A stretch of 64,000 nt of DNA from NCBI GenBank assembly GCA_963830235.1, contig CAWHLR010000035.1:29838-93837 (forward strand), given 5' to 3'. Position numbers and translations under genes: made by a program. The stretch comes from an uncultured Verrucomicrobiae bacterium (GTDB lineage: Bacteria; Verrucomicrobiota; Verrucomicrobiia; Limisphaerales; UBA11358). The notes below the pieces were generated by a model, which worked only from the letters and a program-made list of their open reading frames with translations, did not search any database and was not told the DNA's origin. Shown piece after piece: positions 17,063-28,900 of this stretch (the first letter of the stretch is position 1; each line of letters begins with the position of its first letter).

Positions 17063-17689
17063 TCACGCCAACGGCCAAAGTTTTTCTTTTGGCAACCGGC
17101 GCTCAATCACGCTGCTTGACACTGCAAATTTCCGGGAAATCGGTTTCGCCAGATATTGCATGTGCGCCTCGTCTTGAAGCTGGCTGCGCGGCATCCCGCA
17201 TTGCTCGGCGATTTTGATGGCGGCTTCCAATTCCTGACGCAACGCAACGGGCGGGACCAAAAATCGTCCGGCAAATTCATTCGCATGATATTCAAGAAAA
17301 CTATACTCCTTCTCCGGCATATCGCGCATGAATGCAATCCACTCTTCTAACGATCCTTGGGGTATCTGGCTGAAAACCGCCTTGTGCAAAACGAAGTGGC
17401 CCAACTCGTGCGCGATGCTGTATCGCAATCGGTTGGTGTAGCGTTCGTCCATGTATTGATTCTGGTCAACCACGATGGTTCGCCAGTCGCCTAGCAGCAG
17501 CGCATCAACGTCGGCTTCCTCTTTGAGTTTTGAAATTGGCCGAATCTCCAGCCCCAGCTCAAATTCAACCACCGACAACACATCTATGGGAATGACATTT
17601 GACGGCCAAACGTGTGCTCTAAATTCATCCGCCTGCCGCCAAATATCTTGCGGGGCGATGAATGGAGCCTTGAAATTTTGAGGTTCCAT
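17063..17689 (-). CDS. ImmA/IrrE-family zinc metallopeptidase
   Basis: HEXXH motif (IAHELGHFVLH). Located immediately downstream of an XRE HTH gene. Confidence 0.85.
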   Translation of the reverse strand: MEPQNFKAPFIAPQDIWRQADEFRAHVWPSNVIPIDVLSVVEFELGLEIRPISKLKEEADVDALLLGDWRTIVVDQNQYMDERYTNRLRYSIAHELGHFVLHKAVFSQIPQGSLEEWIAFMRDMPEKEYSFLEYHANEFAGRFLVPPVALRQELEAAIKIAEQCGMPRSQLQDEAHMQYLAKPISRKFAVSSSVIERRLPKEKLWPLA

Positions 17690-17698
17690 TCGCCCTTT

Positions 17699-18076
17699 TC
17701 AGCCTTCCTTGATCTTTTGCAAAACTTTCCGAAGTTCGTCCTCGGTGGGTTTTTGGCCGCGCAACGTGCGGAAGAATGCGGGCAATTTTTTTACCAATTC
17801 GGCATCGTCCATCAAATCCTGCGGAATCATGCCACGGTCGGCGGCGGCCAAATCAAATAACTGATACCATTCATCGCTTCCCTCTTTCAACCCAAGCGCC
17901 TCCGCATATCTGGTGAGAATCAGGCGGTCTTGCGGCGGAATCATGCCGCCCCGTTCCATCCGGCTGATGTTGCCCGGATCGGCTCCGGCGGCTTCACAGA
18001 AGGCCCGCAGCGTAATTCGCTTTTCAGTCCTAAGTGCCTTGAAATAAGAGGCAAATGTTGTTTTCGTTTCATTCAT
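17699..18076 (-). CDS. XRE-family HTH transcriptional regulator
   Basis: ITLRAFCEAAGADPGNISRMERGG is a helix-turn-helix segment. Paired with ImmA. Confidence 0.8.
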   Translation of the reverse strand: MNETKTTFASYFKALRTEKRITLRAFCEAAGADPGNISRMERGGMIPPQDRLILTRYAEALGLKEGSDEWYQLFDLAAADRGMIPQDLMDDAELVKKLPAFFRTLRGQKPTEDELRKVLQKIKEG

Positions 18077-18085
18077 ATTGACTCC

Positions 18086-18115
18086 TGTTGTAGTTGTTGA
18101 ACAACAACTACAACA
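18086..18115. promoter_or_regulatory. perfect 30-bp palindrome; candidate operator of the XRE/ImmA operon
   Basis: TGTTGTAGTTGTTGAACAACAACTACAACA lies a few nt upstream of the AGGAG Shine-Dalgarno sequence and the ATG of 17699..18076. Confidence 0.6.
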
Positions 18116-18161
18116 TTGGAGGGGGTCTTGTCAACGGAAAACAGCAAGAAAATGACCGTTT

Positions 18162-21006
18162 TTATTCCCAATCTGGGTTCTTGAATCCGAGCGTTTTGGC
18201 GTTTTCCGAGACGGCGCGCTTGGTCTGGTCTTTTGCGCCGTTGGGGAAAGTGGCCTGAATCTCGACGCTGACTTTTACCTCCGCGTTGGGGTCGGCAACG
18301 AGGACGGCGATGATTTCCTCGGCGATTTGAACGAGGCGCATTTTCGCGGTGGAGGCGTTGACCGTGACGTTGCCGTGGAATGATTGCGGCTTGGGCGTGC
18401 CGATGCCTTCCATGCCGGGAAGCTGGCCGGGTGTGCCGGTGGTTCCCTTGCCGGGCGGCGTGGCTGTCGGCAATTCCGGCGTGCCGCCGCCGGTGGCTGG
18501 CTTGGCCGGTGGCGGCAGGAGGCTGGCCGCGTAGCTGGTGGCAGCCTGCGGCTCGATGAGCAGCAGCGTGTCGTCGAGTTGCACGTTGGCGTCGCCGAAT
18601 TTGAATCCGTCAAACTTGCCTTCGTGTTCGCCGTAGGCGGTGCCGAAAAAGTCGCGCGTGCCTGCGCCTTTGACGATGGCTTGCTCCAGCACGCCGCGAT
18701 TTTTCAGGCGCGGCAAATAAAGATAGCGCAGCGTATCTTCCCAAAAAGCCATCGCCGACGCGGCGGGCTTGTCTTCTTTCCAATAAAGTTCCTTGAGCCG
18801 GTCGCGCAAGATGGATGGGCGACCAGGTGGCGATGACCAATTCTTGATCCAGGCAGACGCGCTCGATTTCCGCGCCAAGCGCCGCGCCGCTGGTGTTCAG
18901 CGGGAAAGACTCGACGGTGGCTTGCGTGGCCGTGGATGATGCCTGCGACGGGCAGAGCAGCCAGCGATAACATTCGCGGGCCGCTTTCGGCACGACTTCT
19001 TCGGCGGTTTTCAGTTCCTTCTCGGCCTGTTTCTTTTGGACGAGGTCGATGTTCAAGCGGCTGGCCTCGACATCATCCACGATGGATTTCCACGCCAGCG
19101 CCGTCGCGGACACAATCACGTAACTCGTGCCAGCGACGCCTGATCCGGCGCGAGAAAAATCAGCCGGTTGCCGCGATAGCGCGGTTTGGTGCCGTTGCTG
19201 CGCGTGAACGTCCAGCACTTCATCGAACGCCAGCCGCGGTTCCTGCCCGGCTGAATAAAATTGCTCCGGCGGCAGACATACCAGCCGCAAGCCGGTGTCA
19301 TCGGGCACATCGCCGTGCGGGGTGAAAATGTGGACGCCATCAAAGAATGACGCGCCGGCGGTGAGTTTCTCGCAACGCCTCGGCGATTCGGCCGCGCACA
19401 TCATTCGCGTCGTCGAACCGGCGTCTTCCGGTCCTCCATTTCGCGGCGGAGATTGGCGCGGGTGTCGAACCAGAAGCGCGTCGTGTCCTGCGCCTTGTCG
19501 CCGGATGGTGTTCAGGTAATGCAGCCGGTCGGCGAGCCGGTTCAGCGCGTCGGAATAGGTCGACGAAGCCTGCCCCGGCTGGAAGCAGCCCAGCAGGACG
19601 CGGGCGCGTTCCAGGCCGCGTGTGCCGCGGCTTTGTGCGCCACGGACGGACGGAGCGGTGCCAAGGAAAATGGTGCGGGCGACACGGCGCGCGGCTTGCG
19701 ACTGCGCCGAATCGCGGCTCTTTGGTTTCCAGTTCGGTGGTCTCGGCGCGCTCGCCGTCAATGTCGCCTTCAATGACGGCATCCCAGCCGGTCCGCAAAT
19801 AGTAGGTCAGTTCGTTGCGCGTACTGCCGTCATAAAGCGGCAGGCTGCCGGGCAGAATCATCAAGTCCTTGTTGTCGTCCTTCCACAGGCGATAGATGAC
19901 TTTCGCCATGAGTTTCAGCACGCCGCGAGTGCGCTGGAATCCATCGATGCGTCGTCCAATCTTCATAGAGCCGGTCAAAAACCTCCGGGTGGATCGGATA
20001 AGCCTGCATCAGCCGGTCAAAGTAGCGGGCCTCCTGCGTTTCGGACGGCAGTTTCGCGCCTTCGGCAACGTAGGCGTCGGCAAATGCGCGGCAAACCGCG
20101 TCGCGGTCTTTTCATCGCGGATCGGTTCAAACAGGCGGCGGCGCACGATCTCAAACGCTTCCTCGGTGGCGACGGGTTTCCAAAGCGCCTGCACGCGGCC
20201 AAAAGTCTTTTCCAGCGCGCGCAACGCCGCGACGCCTCGTTGACTGCCGGCCTCAACATCGGATTCCGGCAATGAGCCGAGCACCATGGCGTTCGGCACC
20301 AGCTTCACCGCTTCGGTGAGCGCCTGGACGAATGACAGATTGCTGTCGTAGGTGCCGCCGCTGAGTGACTGGCCATTCGAGAATTGCCGGATGTAGGCGA
20401 CCAATTCATCCACCAGCACGACGCACGGCGCATAGACTTTCCAGCAGCGTCCGCAAAACGTCCTTGCCGGGTGACGTGCCGTTGGCGTCGGCCTCTTTGA
20501 CCAGCGCGAAGGCTTCTTCGCCGCCAAGTTGCCATGCGAGTTCGCCCCAAAGCGTGTGGATGGCTTGCTTGCCATGCTTCCACGGCTGGCCGGGGGCATG
20601 GGCAGTGCCGTCCAGCACGGCGACTCGCGCCTTGGGCACGTCCATGAGTCCCGCCTGATCCAGCAGAGCCGGAATGCCGGGCAAGTCTTTCAAGCGCGCA
20701 TTTGCGCGTGGCGAGGTGATAGACCGCCAGCATGGTGTGCGTCTTGCCGCCGCCGAATGCGGTTTGCAGTTGGATGACTGGATCGCCGCCTTGCCGTTAA
20801 GCGCGCTGGGCGACTGACGTAAGCAGCAGGCGCATGCCCTCGGTGATGAACGTGCGCTCGAAAAATGCCGCCGCGTCCTGATATTCCCGCGTGGCTTTGC
20901 CGGTGTGAACCGCCGTGATGTCGGCGGCAAACTCGGACTGTTGAAACGTGCCTTCCAGAACGTCCGCGTGCGGGACGGCGATTTCTCTCCAAGGTTTCAG
21001 GCTCAT
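18162..21006 (-). pseudogene. DUF499 (BrxC/PglY-like) P-loop ATPase, disrupted by at least 13 frame changes plus an in-frame TAA
   Basis: Recognisable segments are spread over all three frames across six ORF-track fragments: [30 protein letters not shown], Walker [35 protein letters not shown], and LAWKSIVDD. Confidence 0.8.
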
Positions 21007-23941
21007 AAAGATTATTCTCTATTTCGGCAATCATGTCGAACCCGGCAAGTCTTGTTCGGCGGGTTTCGGTGCGGCTGGCTGCTGCGGATTCGATGCCGGT
21101 CCAACTGGTGATGAGTTCGTTATAGGCGCGGGCGTCCTCGGCTTGGCCGAGACGTTCGCAAAGCGTGTAGAGGCGATAGGCAAGCTGGCGCACGGCCTCG
21201 GCCTTGCCGCCGAGCGCGGCCAGCAACGCGCCGGACGCGGAATCGCCGCCTTGCCTGAAGGCGCGGATGAGCTGGTGCAGCGCTTCCCAGACGGGCATGC
21301 GCTTGTCGGTGCTCGGGTCCCAATCGGTCGGATATTCCGACCATTTGAGCAGGCGGACTTTACCGCCGCCGCTTTGGAGGACACCGGCTTCTTTCACGCC
21401 GTCAACACTCGTGCCTTTGGCGCGTGCAAGTGTGTCTGCATCGCCAAATGCGCCTTCATTCCAGCCGTGTTGCTCAAACCAATGCAGGCAAAATTGCGTG
21501 TCGGCGTCGAAATCATCTTCGCCGAGGAAACGGTTGATGAGTTGAAGTGCGGTGCGGACACTCATTGGCGTTCCATCGGCTTCAAGCACTGCGGCGTATT
21601 TGGAAAATACCGCCATGCCAGGGCCGATGATGGCCTGCGACAAATCCACCGGCGCGACTGGAGAATGTTCGCCGCCCGCGCCTTTGGTCATTTCGTCGAG
21701 CGCCTCGGGCAGGACTCCGTTCAACTCGTGAATGAACTCGCGCCGCGAAACGGTTGCGGCATCCGCTGCGCGCTTACGACACACGAGAACGATACTGGAT
21801 GCGAGCGCATTGTTACCCATGCCTATCATTCTGAACTCTTGCTCGCTGCGCAGAGGCCATGTTCCGACAATCGCAAAGCCTGCTCGCAAGACAGCAGTGA
21901 GGAATGTCTCCCAACCAGTCGAAGATGTGCCTGCATCGTCATTCGTTTCTGATTGTTTGAAGGCATAGTAGATTGTAACTGGCCCCTCCGGGTGTGCTAG
22001 TTCGACGAGGTTATGGATCACCTTCGTCATGCCATCGAGGAAAAAGGCTTCAGCTTTTTCCTTGGTTCCGTGTCGGTAGGGTGTTGCAACCAGTTCTTCA
22101 GTTTTTGGAACAGCTATCGTGGCAAGGGTTGTTGGGAAAAATGAGCGCAACGCTCGCCGAAGCCAAATATAGAAAAAATCCGATAGGTCGGCGTAGCCGA
22201 TGTTATCGTAGTATGGCGGGTCGGTTGAGATAAACTTGAGTCGAGAAACAGTTTGGGTTTGGGCGTCTGCTTGCGTGGCGAAACCGGCTGCTGCCGGTGA
22301 AAGTTTTTCGATGCAGTCAGCCACATATTCTGCTGCTGGTGCAAATCCACCAACGGTATCAGCAAGAATAGCCGCTTCTGGATAATCCCAAGACATAGGG
22401 ATAGCCTGTTTCCCAAAAAGGTTCATTACCTTCTGGTTGCTCGGCACCCAGCGGGTGACGGAATTTGAGAAATCGGCGCAGCGATTAACCACGAATGCCA
22501 GATATAAGCTCACAGCTTCACCATAGGCAGTAGCGCCACTACCTCCAGCATCGAGACCTTTCTGGTCATCTTTCATTCCGGCGGCAATTGCATTAGATCG
22601 GACGTAATCCCTCGCCTCGGCAACGAGGTCGCTAAAGGTTGTCAACGCTACCAACTGTCGCGCTGTGAAAAGGTCGCCGAAAGTGTTAAGTCCGTAGTTC
22701 GGCGTCTTGAAATCTCGTGGATTGTCAGGTAAAGCCATGTCTGGCTTCCATGTTGGCTTTGCTGTGGCCGCAATCTTTTCCGCTTCCGGTGTCGGTGAAA
22801 GATAAATTCGCCCTCGCGTTCCCTCGGCAACAATAGCCATCAGTTTTTGTCCCATGCGGCCAGCCTTGCCCTCCGAACGAATGTGGTCATAGCCGATTGG
22901 TGCATCTGACATAAGGCAGCGAAAGGCTTTTCGCTTTCCTGCTGTTGTGCCTTCTTCCGCTTCTGGCGGTGGCGTTCCAATTTTCACTTTGAAGCTGTAA
23001 TGGCTTCCATCAATGATAGGCTGAACGTAAGACTCTTTGCCCTCTTTGCTGGCAAGGATAAAATTTGAAATAAGTGGCACACTTATCTGCGAGAAAGCTG
23101 GGCTGGGGCTATTGACCGTTCGCGCCCAAAGCCAAGCGATAACTGGAAGCTTTTGACCAACGAGAGGTTTTAGATCGGGACGCTCGCGAGCCATATCGCC
23201 GGTTATCTCCACTGGTGGATAAAGGTGGCCGATTCTTTTGATCGCTTTTTTACGCATCCATACTCCGCAGCGACGAACATCCTCCGCAAGTCCAGTTGCT
23301 CCGGGCCATTCCTGCGCGATAGATAAATGACCGCCGCGTTTGTCGGTCGGGAGCGGTCCGACGGGTGCGCGCCCGGCGAATTTGGGTGGAATTTCAATCA
23401 TTGCTTTGTTAAGCATGACTGCAACGGGGTTCAAATCCGTGGCGTATGATTCCAAGCCGAGTCGTTGCGCCTCAAGTGGGATGGCTCCCCCGCCGGCAAA
23501 TGGGTCGTGAAAAGCTGGTAGCTTTTCAGGATCAAATAACTCTTTGGCCTGTGGATGATCTTTGTTGAGTTCGCACACTTCCCGCCATGAGCGGCGAATC
23601 TCGGCGCGTGCGCGCGATAGAACTTCCTCATTCGTGCTGTTCTCCCACTTCACAAGGTCTTCGATGATTGTGAATAGGCGTTTTCTTTCAGCCGCCGCCT
23701 CCTTTTTGTTTTTACCGTATTTGAAACCTCTGCCAATGTTCGTGCCTGGGTCGTTGACCAACTGTGCGAAGATTACAGCCCGCGCTGCCGCGAGTGGACG
23801 CCGCGCCCACCAAAGATGTATTCCCCGAGGGTGCGCGCCGATGCCTGGCATTTTCTCGTAAGCGCACGCCTCGTTAATCGCATCCAATGGCAGCGCGACT
23901 TCAATGAGCTTGCGCGGGGATTTGATGGGATGGGCGAACAT
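20690..23941 (-). CDS. DUF1156-type DNA methyltransferase; true C-terminus probably near 21030-21090
   Basis: [15 protein letters not shown]...[20 protein letters not shown] is the DUF1156 signature. [10 protein letters not shown] is the DPPY catalytic motif. The last ~105 codons of the ORF are an out-of-frame read across the DUF499 start. Confidence 0.8.
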   Translation of the reverse strand: MFAHPIKSPRKLIEVALPLDAINEACAYEKMPGIGAHPRGIHLWWARRPLAAARAVIFAQLVNDPGTNIGRGFKYGKNKKEAAAERKRLFTIIEDLVKWENSTNEEVLSRARAEIRRSWREVCELNKDHPQAKELFDPEKLPAFHDPFAGGGAIPLEAQRLGLESYATDLNPVAVMLNKAMIEIPPKFAGRAPVGPLPTDKRGGHLSIAQEWPGATGLAEDVRRCGVWMRKKAIKRIGHLYPPVEITGDMARERPDLKPLVGQKLPVIAWLWARTVNSPSPAFSQISVPLISNFILASKEGKESYVQPIIDGSHYSFKVKIGTPPPEAEEGTTAGKRKAFRCLMSDAPIGYDHIRSEGKAGRMGQKLMAIVAEGTRGRIYLSPTPEAEKIAATAKPTWKPDMALPDNPRDFKTPNYGLNTFGDLFTARQLVALTTFSDLVAEARDYVRSNAIAAGMKDDQKGLDAGGSGATAYGEAVSLYLAFVVNRCADFSNSVTRWVPSNQKVMNLFGKQAIPMSWDYPEAAILADTVGGFAPAAEYVADCIEKLSPAAAGFATQADAQTQTVSRLKFISTDPPYYDNIGYADLSDFFYIWLRRALRSFFPTTLATIAVPKTEELVATPYRHGTKEKAEAFFLDGMTKVIHNLVELAHPEGPVTIYYAFKQSETNDDAGTSSTGWETFLTAVLRAGFAIVGTWPLRSEQEFRMIGMGNNALASSIVLVCRKRAADAATVSRREFIHELNGVLPEALDEMTKGAGGEHSPVAPVDLSQAIIGPGMAVFSKYAAVLEADGTPMSVRTALQLINRFLGEDDFDADTQFCLHWFEQHGWNEGAFGDADTLARAKGTSVDGVKEAGVLQSGGGKVRLLKWSEYPTDWDPSTDKRMPVWEALHQLIRAFRQGGDSASGALLAALGGKAEAVRQLAYRLYTLCERLGQAEDARAYNELITSWTGIESAAASRTETRRTRLAGFDMIAEIENNLYEPETLERNRRPARGRSGRHVSTVRVCRRHHGGSHRQSHAGISGRGGIFRAHVHHRGHAPAAYVSRPARLTARRRSSHPTANRIRRRQDAHHAGGLSPRHAQMRA

Positions 23942-23947
23942 CAGGAA

Positions 23948-24613
23948 TTATGGTTGAGCCGGATTTGCTGGAGGTTGGTCCAACGAACCAGGGTAGGCGT
24001 GTTCGATCTTGCCGATCAGAAAATCGGCGAAGCTGCCAAGCACTTGCAGGTTGTTCGGGTTAAACGTCGGTTGGTGGGCCCGATTGCGCTTCAGGTTTTT
24101 CAGCGCAGCCCACGTTATGAAATCAGCGGGCAGTTCGCCTTTGCTGTAACCGGGGAAAATCCTTTTAATTTCAGGGAGATAGCCAATGGCATGAAGCGGC
24201 GTGGTGAAATGGCCTTGGTTGCCGAAGTGAAGCCACCCTTGAAAGCTATTCCCATCCCAGTGCAGGGCAAAGAAGTCCTCGAAATTGTGGTAGGAGAAAA
24301 GGAAATCAGGAATGCCGGCAGTTTTGAGCGCGTAATGGTCGGCGCAATGATGGTCATTTCGGTGATAAAGATCAAAATCCGCCCAGATTTGGATGGAGGC
24401 CTTTTTATTGGCCTTCCGGGTTTGGTTGTAGCGCCTTTTCAGTTTTCCGAAGGCTCCGTCCTTCACAATCACTTTTTCCGGCACGATGAAGCGCAATGGA
24501 GTCTCGAAGGTGCCATCCGCTAGTGGCTGCTTATCGAGAAAGCTTTGTAAACGCTGTAAATAGGCCCACTCGGACTCTCCTTCGCAGACGATGATGTAGC
24601 GGATACAAGGCAT
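23948..24613 (-). CDS. RloB-like protein (AbiLii-like)
   Basis: N-terminus YIIVCEGESEWAYL fits the RloB CEGE motif. ATG 24613 preferred over TTG 24625. Located directly downstream of the AAA ATPase. Confidence 0.65.
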   Translation of the reverse strand: MPCIRYIIVCEGESEWAYLQRLQSFLDKQPLADGTFETPLRFIVPEKVIVKDGAFGKLKRRYNQTRKANKKASIQIWADFDLYHRNDHHCADHYALKTAGIPDFLFSYHNFEDFFALHWDGNSFQGWLHFGNQGHFTTPLHAIGYLPEIKRIFPGYSKGELPADFITWAALKNLKRNRAHQPTFNPNNLQVLGSFADFLIGKIEHAYPGSLDQPPANPAQP

Positions 24614-24621
24614 GATTTTGT

Positions 24622-25909
24622 TCAAAGTGCCGGATGGGGGATGCCGGAATAGTATCCGGCAAGATATTGCTTTCGGAAATTAGTTACGTTGCGGATATCT
24701 TCGCCATCTTTTTTGGCATCGACCAGACGGCGAATCAGGGTGCCGTTCGCTTTCGTTTTCCTGACAAGGGCAATCTCAGAAAGACGTAGAATTGAGTCGT
24801 CCAGGATGTCGGTGTTGTGCGTGGTGACGATCAACTGCGCGCCCTTCGGGTTATGGCGGCGTTTTTTGAACAGCAACACGATTTCCCGCATGAGCAAGGA
24901 ATGGAGAGAGCTTTCGAGTTCATCCACGATAAGCACGCCGCCGGTTTTGAGAGTGTGCAGGATCAGGCCAACAAGGCCGGCCAGGCGCTGGGTGCCGGCG
25001 GACTCGTTTTTGATGAAATCGAGCAGAGCGGGATTGCCGGCGACATCCTGATGGGTCGCGGTGATTTGCACGGCATGTTTGATTTTCGTGACGGGATTGA
25101 ACTTGGTGATGCCAATCGGCTCCGGCTCGTTAGGAGCCAGCTCCCGTTGGAAGATATCAATGGCGGCGATATCAATATCCAGTCGGCGGACGACATCCGT
25201 GATCTCCCGAAGGGCGGCCTTCTCATCCCCGCCCAGTATCGAAGCGAGGATCTCGACAGAAACCGGGAGCGGAATCGGCTGTTCGTTTGTGTAATACTTC
25301 AGGCTTTCCGTGAAATAGACGAAGGCGTTGCGCAGGTCTTGATTAAGTCCGGAGTAGCCGTGACCAATGCGGTGGAGAAATAGTTTGGTTTGCCGCCCCT
25401 CACCGTCGGAGCACTCCACACGCAAAATTTCGGAAAGTTTTAGCTCCGAATAGGTGGCGGAAAGGACCTGGGGGGAAAACTCGGCTTTCAGGTTCTGGAT
25501 CTTGTAGATCGGCTTCCCGTTTTTCAGCAAGGCCTCTTCCAGAATTTCCATCGCGTTAAAACCAACCCGGTATTCAAAGCGCTCACCGCCCATGAAAAAC
25601 TCCACCACGAAGGTGGTATGCGAAAACTTGGGGTTGAGCAAGTTGGGCTCATAGTAGTTGGCCAATGGACCGCCCCCGCGGAGCAACAGTTTGAGCATCC
25701 CAAATGCCTTGAGGATGTTGGTCTTGCCGGAGGCGTTGGCACCAAAAAACGCCATGCAGGGAACAAGCCGTTGTTTGGTAGCGGTTTCGAGGAATGGCAT
25801 GATTTCCTGTTCCTTGGTAACCATTGGGAGCCTTCCCTTCGCCGTAAGTAAAATCCAGCTTGAGTTCCAGTATGGACCGGAAGTTTTGAATGAAGAAGGA
25901 AGATAACAT
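24622..25909 (-). CDS. AAA_21-type ATPase (RloA/AbiLi-like), with one frameshift near 25815
   Basis: The true N-terminus FIQNFRSILELKLDF lies in ORF 25649..25909. Walker A GANASGKTN, LIVDELESSLH and VTTHN lie in ORF 24622..25824. Confidence 0.8.
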
Positions 25910-25997
25910 AAATATATCGTGTTTTTTATGATCTTCTGTTCATTTTACGGTCAAGTCAAGCTTGTATGAGCAGTTTTTCTGTTTATTTTGCAAAAAG

Positions 25998-28900
25998 TCA
26001 AGGGCTGGTAGCGCGTTCAAGCAACGCATTGAGTTCGTAGTTGACCGATGACACGCCCCAGCCGGGTTCGGTATCGAAGGGGTTGCTGACATAAAACGGG
26101 CCTTCCACGGCATCGCCTTCGCCGACAAGCACGATGGCGAGCAAAAATTTATCGGACTGGTTCAAGGCGTAGAGCATTTCGTTCCGCGTGATCGTCACCG
26201 TGCCCGCGCCTTTGACGCGGCCTTTGACTTCAATGTGCCGGGTTTCCGGCTGTTTGCCCTCCACGGCCTGCGGGTAGGAGGTAATATCCCAGCCGCATTT
26301 TTGCGCTGAAACATCCACGACGCGGCAGCCGCGTGATTCTTCAACGCGGCGAACGGCGTCCATCGCCAGCTTTTCAATGCGGGCGCGGGCGGCGGGGTCG
26401 GCAGAAAACATGGCTGCCGTCGCATCGGCTGGCGGCGTATCGCCGCGCAATTTGCGGAGCAAGCCGGCGGGAATAACCAGTGCGCCGCTCAACACGACCG
26501 GCGTGGCCGATGTGACGTGCCGCATGGATTGGAGTTCGCGCTTGCGGCTTTCCAGCCGGGATTCGAGGTCGGCAATGGTGCGCCGGACGTTATCCAGATT
26601 GGGGCCGATTTCTTTACCGGCGGCTTTATCGTCCGAAAGTTTGATGTAGCGGTCGGACCAGAAATTTATTTCCGTCGTCAAACGCTCGTGGACTGCCGCG
26701 AGCGTTTTGTCCACATGGGCGATGCGGCGTCCGGCAATTTCGCCGAAGTGTTCGGGAACGAGCGTGGACGCGGCGAGCGCCAGAGCGCGTTGCTCAAGTC
26801 CGGCGGTCAACCACGGCGCGGCAAGTGTTCCGGCGAGCAACGGGCGCTCGGCAACGGCGAGCGGTTCAAGGTCAAGGTGTGGCGCCCAACCAGCAAAGGT
26901 GGCGCTGCCGTCCGGCAGGACGCGGACGAATTGCAGGCGTTTGGAAATGACCTGGCCGTCGCCGGATTTCACTTCATGCGTGAGCAGGAACAGAAGCGAC
27001 GGCGCTTCGCCGTCGTCGGACGGGTCAACGAGGATGCTGCCTTGCCGCAGTAAATTGGCGTGCTGTTCCAACAACACGTCACTCAACGCGAGCATGACCG
27101 GATGGCCGGGATGAATCATGCTGGCAAACGCGAGTCCGGCGCGTTCCAACGGGCGGACGGCATCCTTGGTGAAACAAACCCGTTCGTAGCGTTTCAAAAC
27201 CGGCGCGAGATCGCGGCGGTTGCGCCCGGTGATGAGACGGTCACGTTCGCGCAACACGGCGGGAACATGGGCGATTTCAAAGCGATTAAGTTCGCGCGGG
27301 TAAATTGAACCGCCCAGCGATTCAAACCCTTTCATAAAAAAGGAGCGGACGAAATAGGGCTGCAACCGGCGGGCCTCGGCCTTTTCCATTTCCTCCTTCA
27401 CGGCAAAGAGCCGTTCCGGCCCAAGCGTTTCCTGGGCAAGCGCGTTGCGGTCCAGCAACGCGAGCAAGTTCTGGCGGTCAAAATTGTGGTCAATCTTCTG
27501 GCGGAGTTTTGCCCGCACGTCCTCGCCGGTCGCCGTAACGGATGGCTTCAATCAGCAATTCTTTGAGGCTCTTGCCCTCGAACACTTCGCCAAGAATGTC
27601 GAACACCCGGCCTTTCAACGCCTCGCTTTCGACGCGGATTTTTTCGAGCAGGCGAAAATACACGTCGCCTTCGCGCGTTTCCTTGGCGACGAGATTCCAG
27701 AGATGGCAAACCTCCTGTTGGCCGATACGGTGGATGCGCCCGAACCGCTGTTCAAGGCGGTTGGGATTCCACGGCAAATCGTAATTCACCATTAGGTTTG
27801 CGCACTGCAAATTGACGCCTTCACCGGCGGCATCGGTGGCAACGAGCACGCGGATTTCGGGGTCGGAACGGAAAAGCGCCTGCGCTTCCAGGCGTTTGTC
27901 GCGATGCGTGCCGCCGTGAATGGTGACGATGGCATCGTGACTGCCCAGCACACCGGCGATTTTCTCATGGAGATAATTGAGCGTGTCGCGGTGTTCGCTG
28001 AAAATGATAATTTTGCGCAGACGGCCTCCGGCGTCGTGCATGTGTTCGTCACGCTGGAGGATTCGGGAAAGTTCTTCCCATTTGCGATCCTGACCGGACG
28101 CGACAACTTCGCGGGCCTGATTCTCCAGCCGAATCAACGTGTCAATTTCATCCTCCAGTTCGGCGATGGTTTTGGCCGTGGTCGCCTGATCCACGAGGGA
28201 TTCTTCCAACTGCTCCTGCTCGTTGGCCGTCAAGTCATCATCATCATCCGGCACCTCCGGGAGTTCCTGGCTGGCGGCAAGGCCGTCGCCCGAAAAATCG
28301 GACGGTGGCGGCGCGGGTGCCAGCGTCTCGGCGAGAATCTGCCCGCCGCGATTGGCGATGTTTTCTTCCCGCAGCCGGCGCTGGAGCCGTTCGCGGCGGC
28401 GTTTCAAGGATTGGAAAATCGCCTCCGGGCTGGACGCGAGCCGGCGCTGGAGCGATGTCAGCGCAAAGCCGACTGAACCTTTGCGCTGGCCGCCAAGCTG
28501 GTCGGCCTTGCCCATTTCGGTTTTGACGTAATGCGTGACAGCTTCGTAAAGCGCGGCTTCAATGTCGGAGAGTTTGTAATTGACGGTGTAGGCGCGGCGT
28601 TCGGGAAACAGGGGCGTGCCGTCGAATTTCACCAATTCCTCTTTGACCATGCGCCGCATGAGGTCGCTGGTGTCCACTTTATGCACGCCGTCGCGGAATT
28701 TTCCATAAAAGCGGTCGGAGTCGAGAAGCGACAGGAACAACTGGAAATCTTCCTCTTTGCCGTTGTGGGGCGTGGCGGTCATCAGCAGCAAATGGCGGGT
28801 GTGTGCGCCGAGTTTTTCCGCCAGTTTGAACCGCCCGGTTTTCTCCAGCTTGCTGCCGAAGAAATGCGCGGCGAGTTTGTGCGCCTCGTCGAACACGACG

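Noticed and set aside
20690-21030. Last ~105 codons of the methyltransferase ORF as genuine protein sequence
   Set aside because: This stretch is the +1-frame translation of the well-conserved DUF499 N-terminus and is Arg/His-rich nonsense. The native stop was probably lost or shifted.
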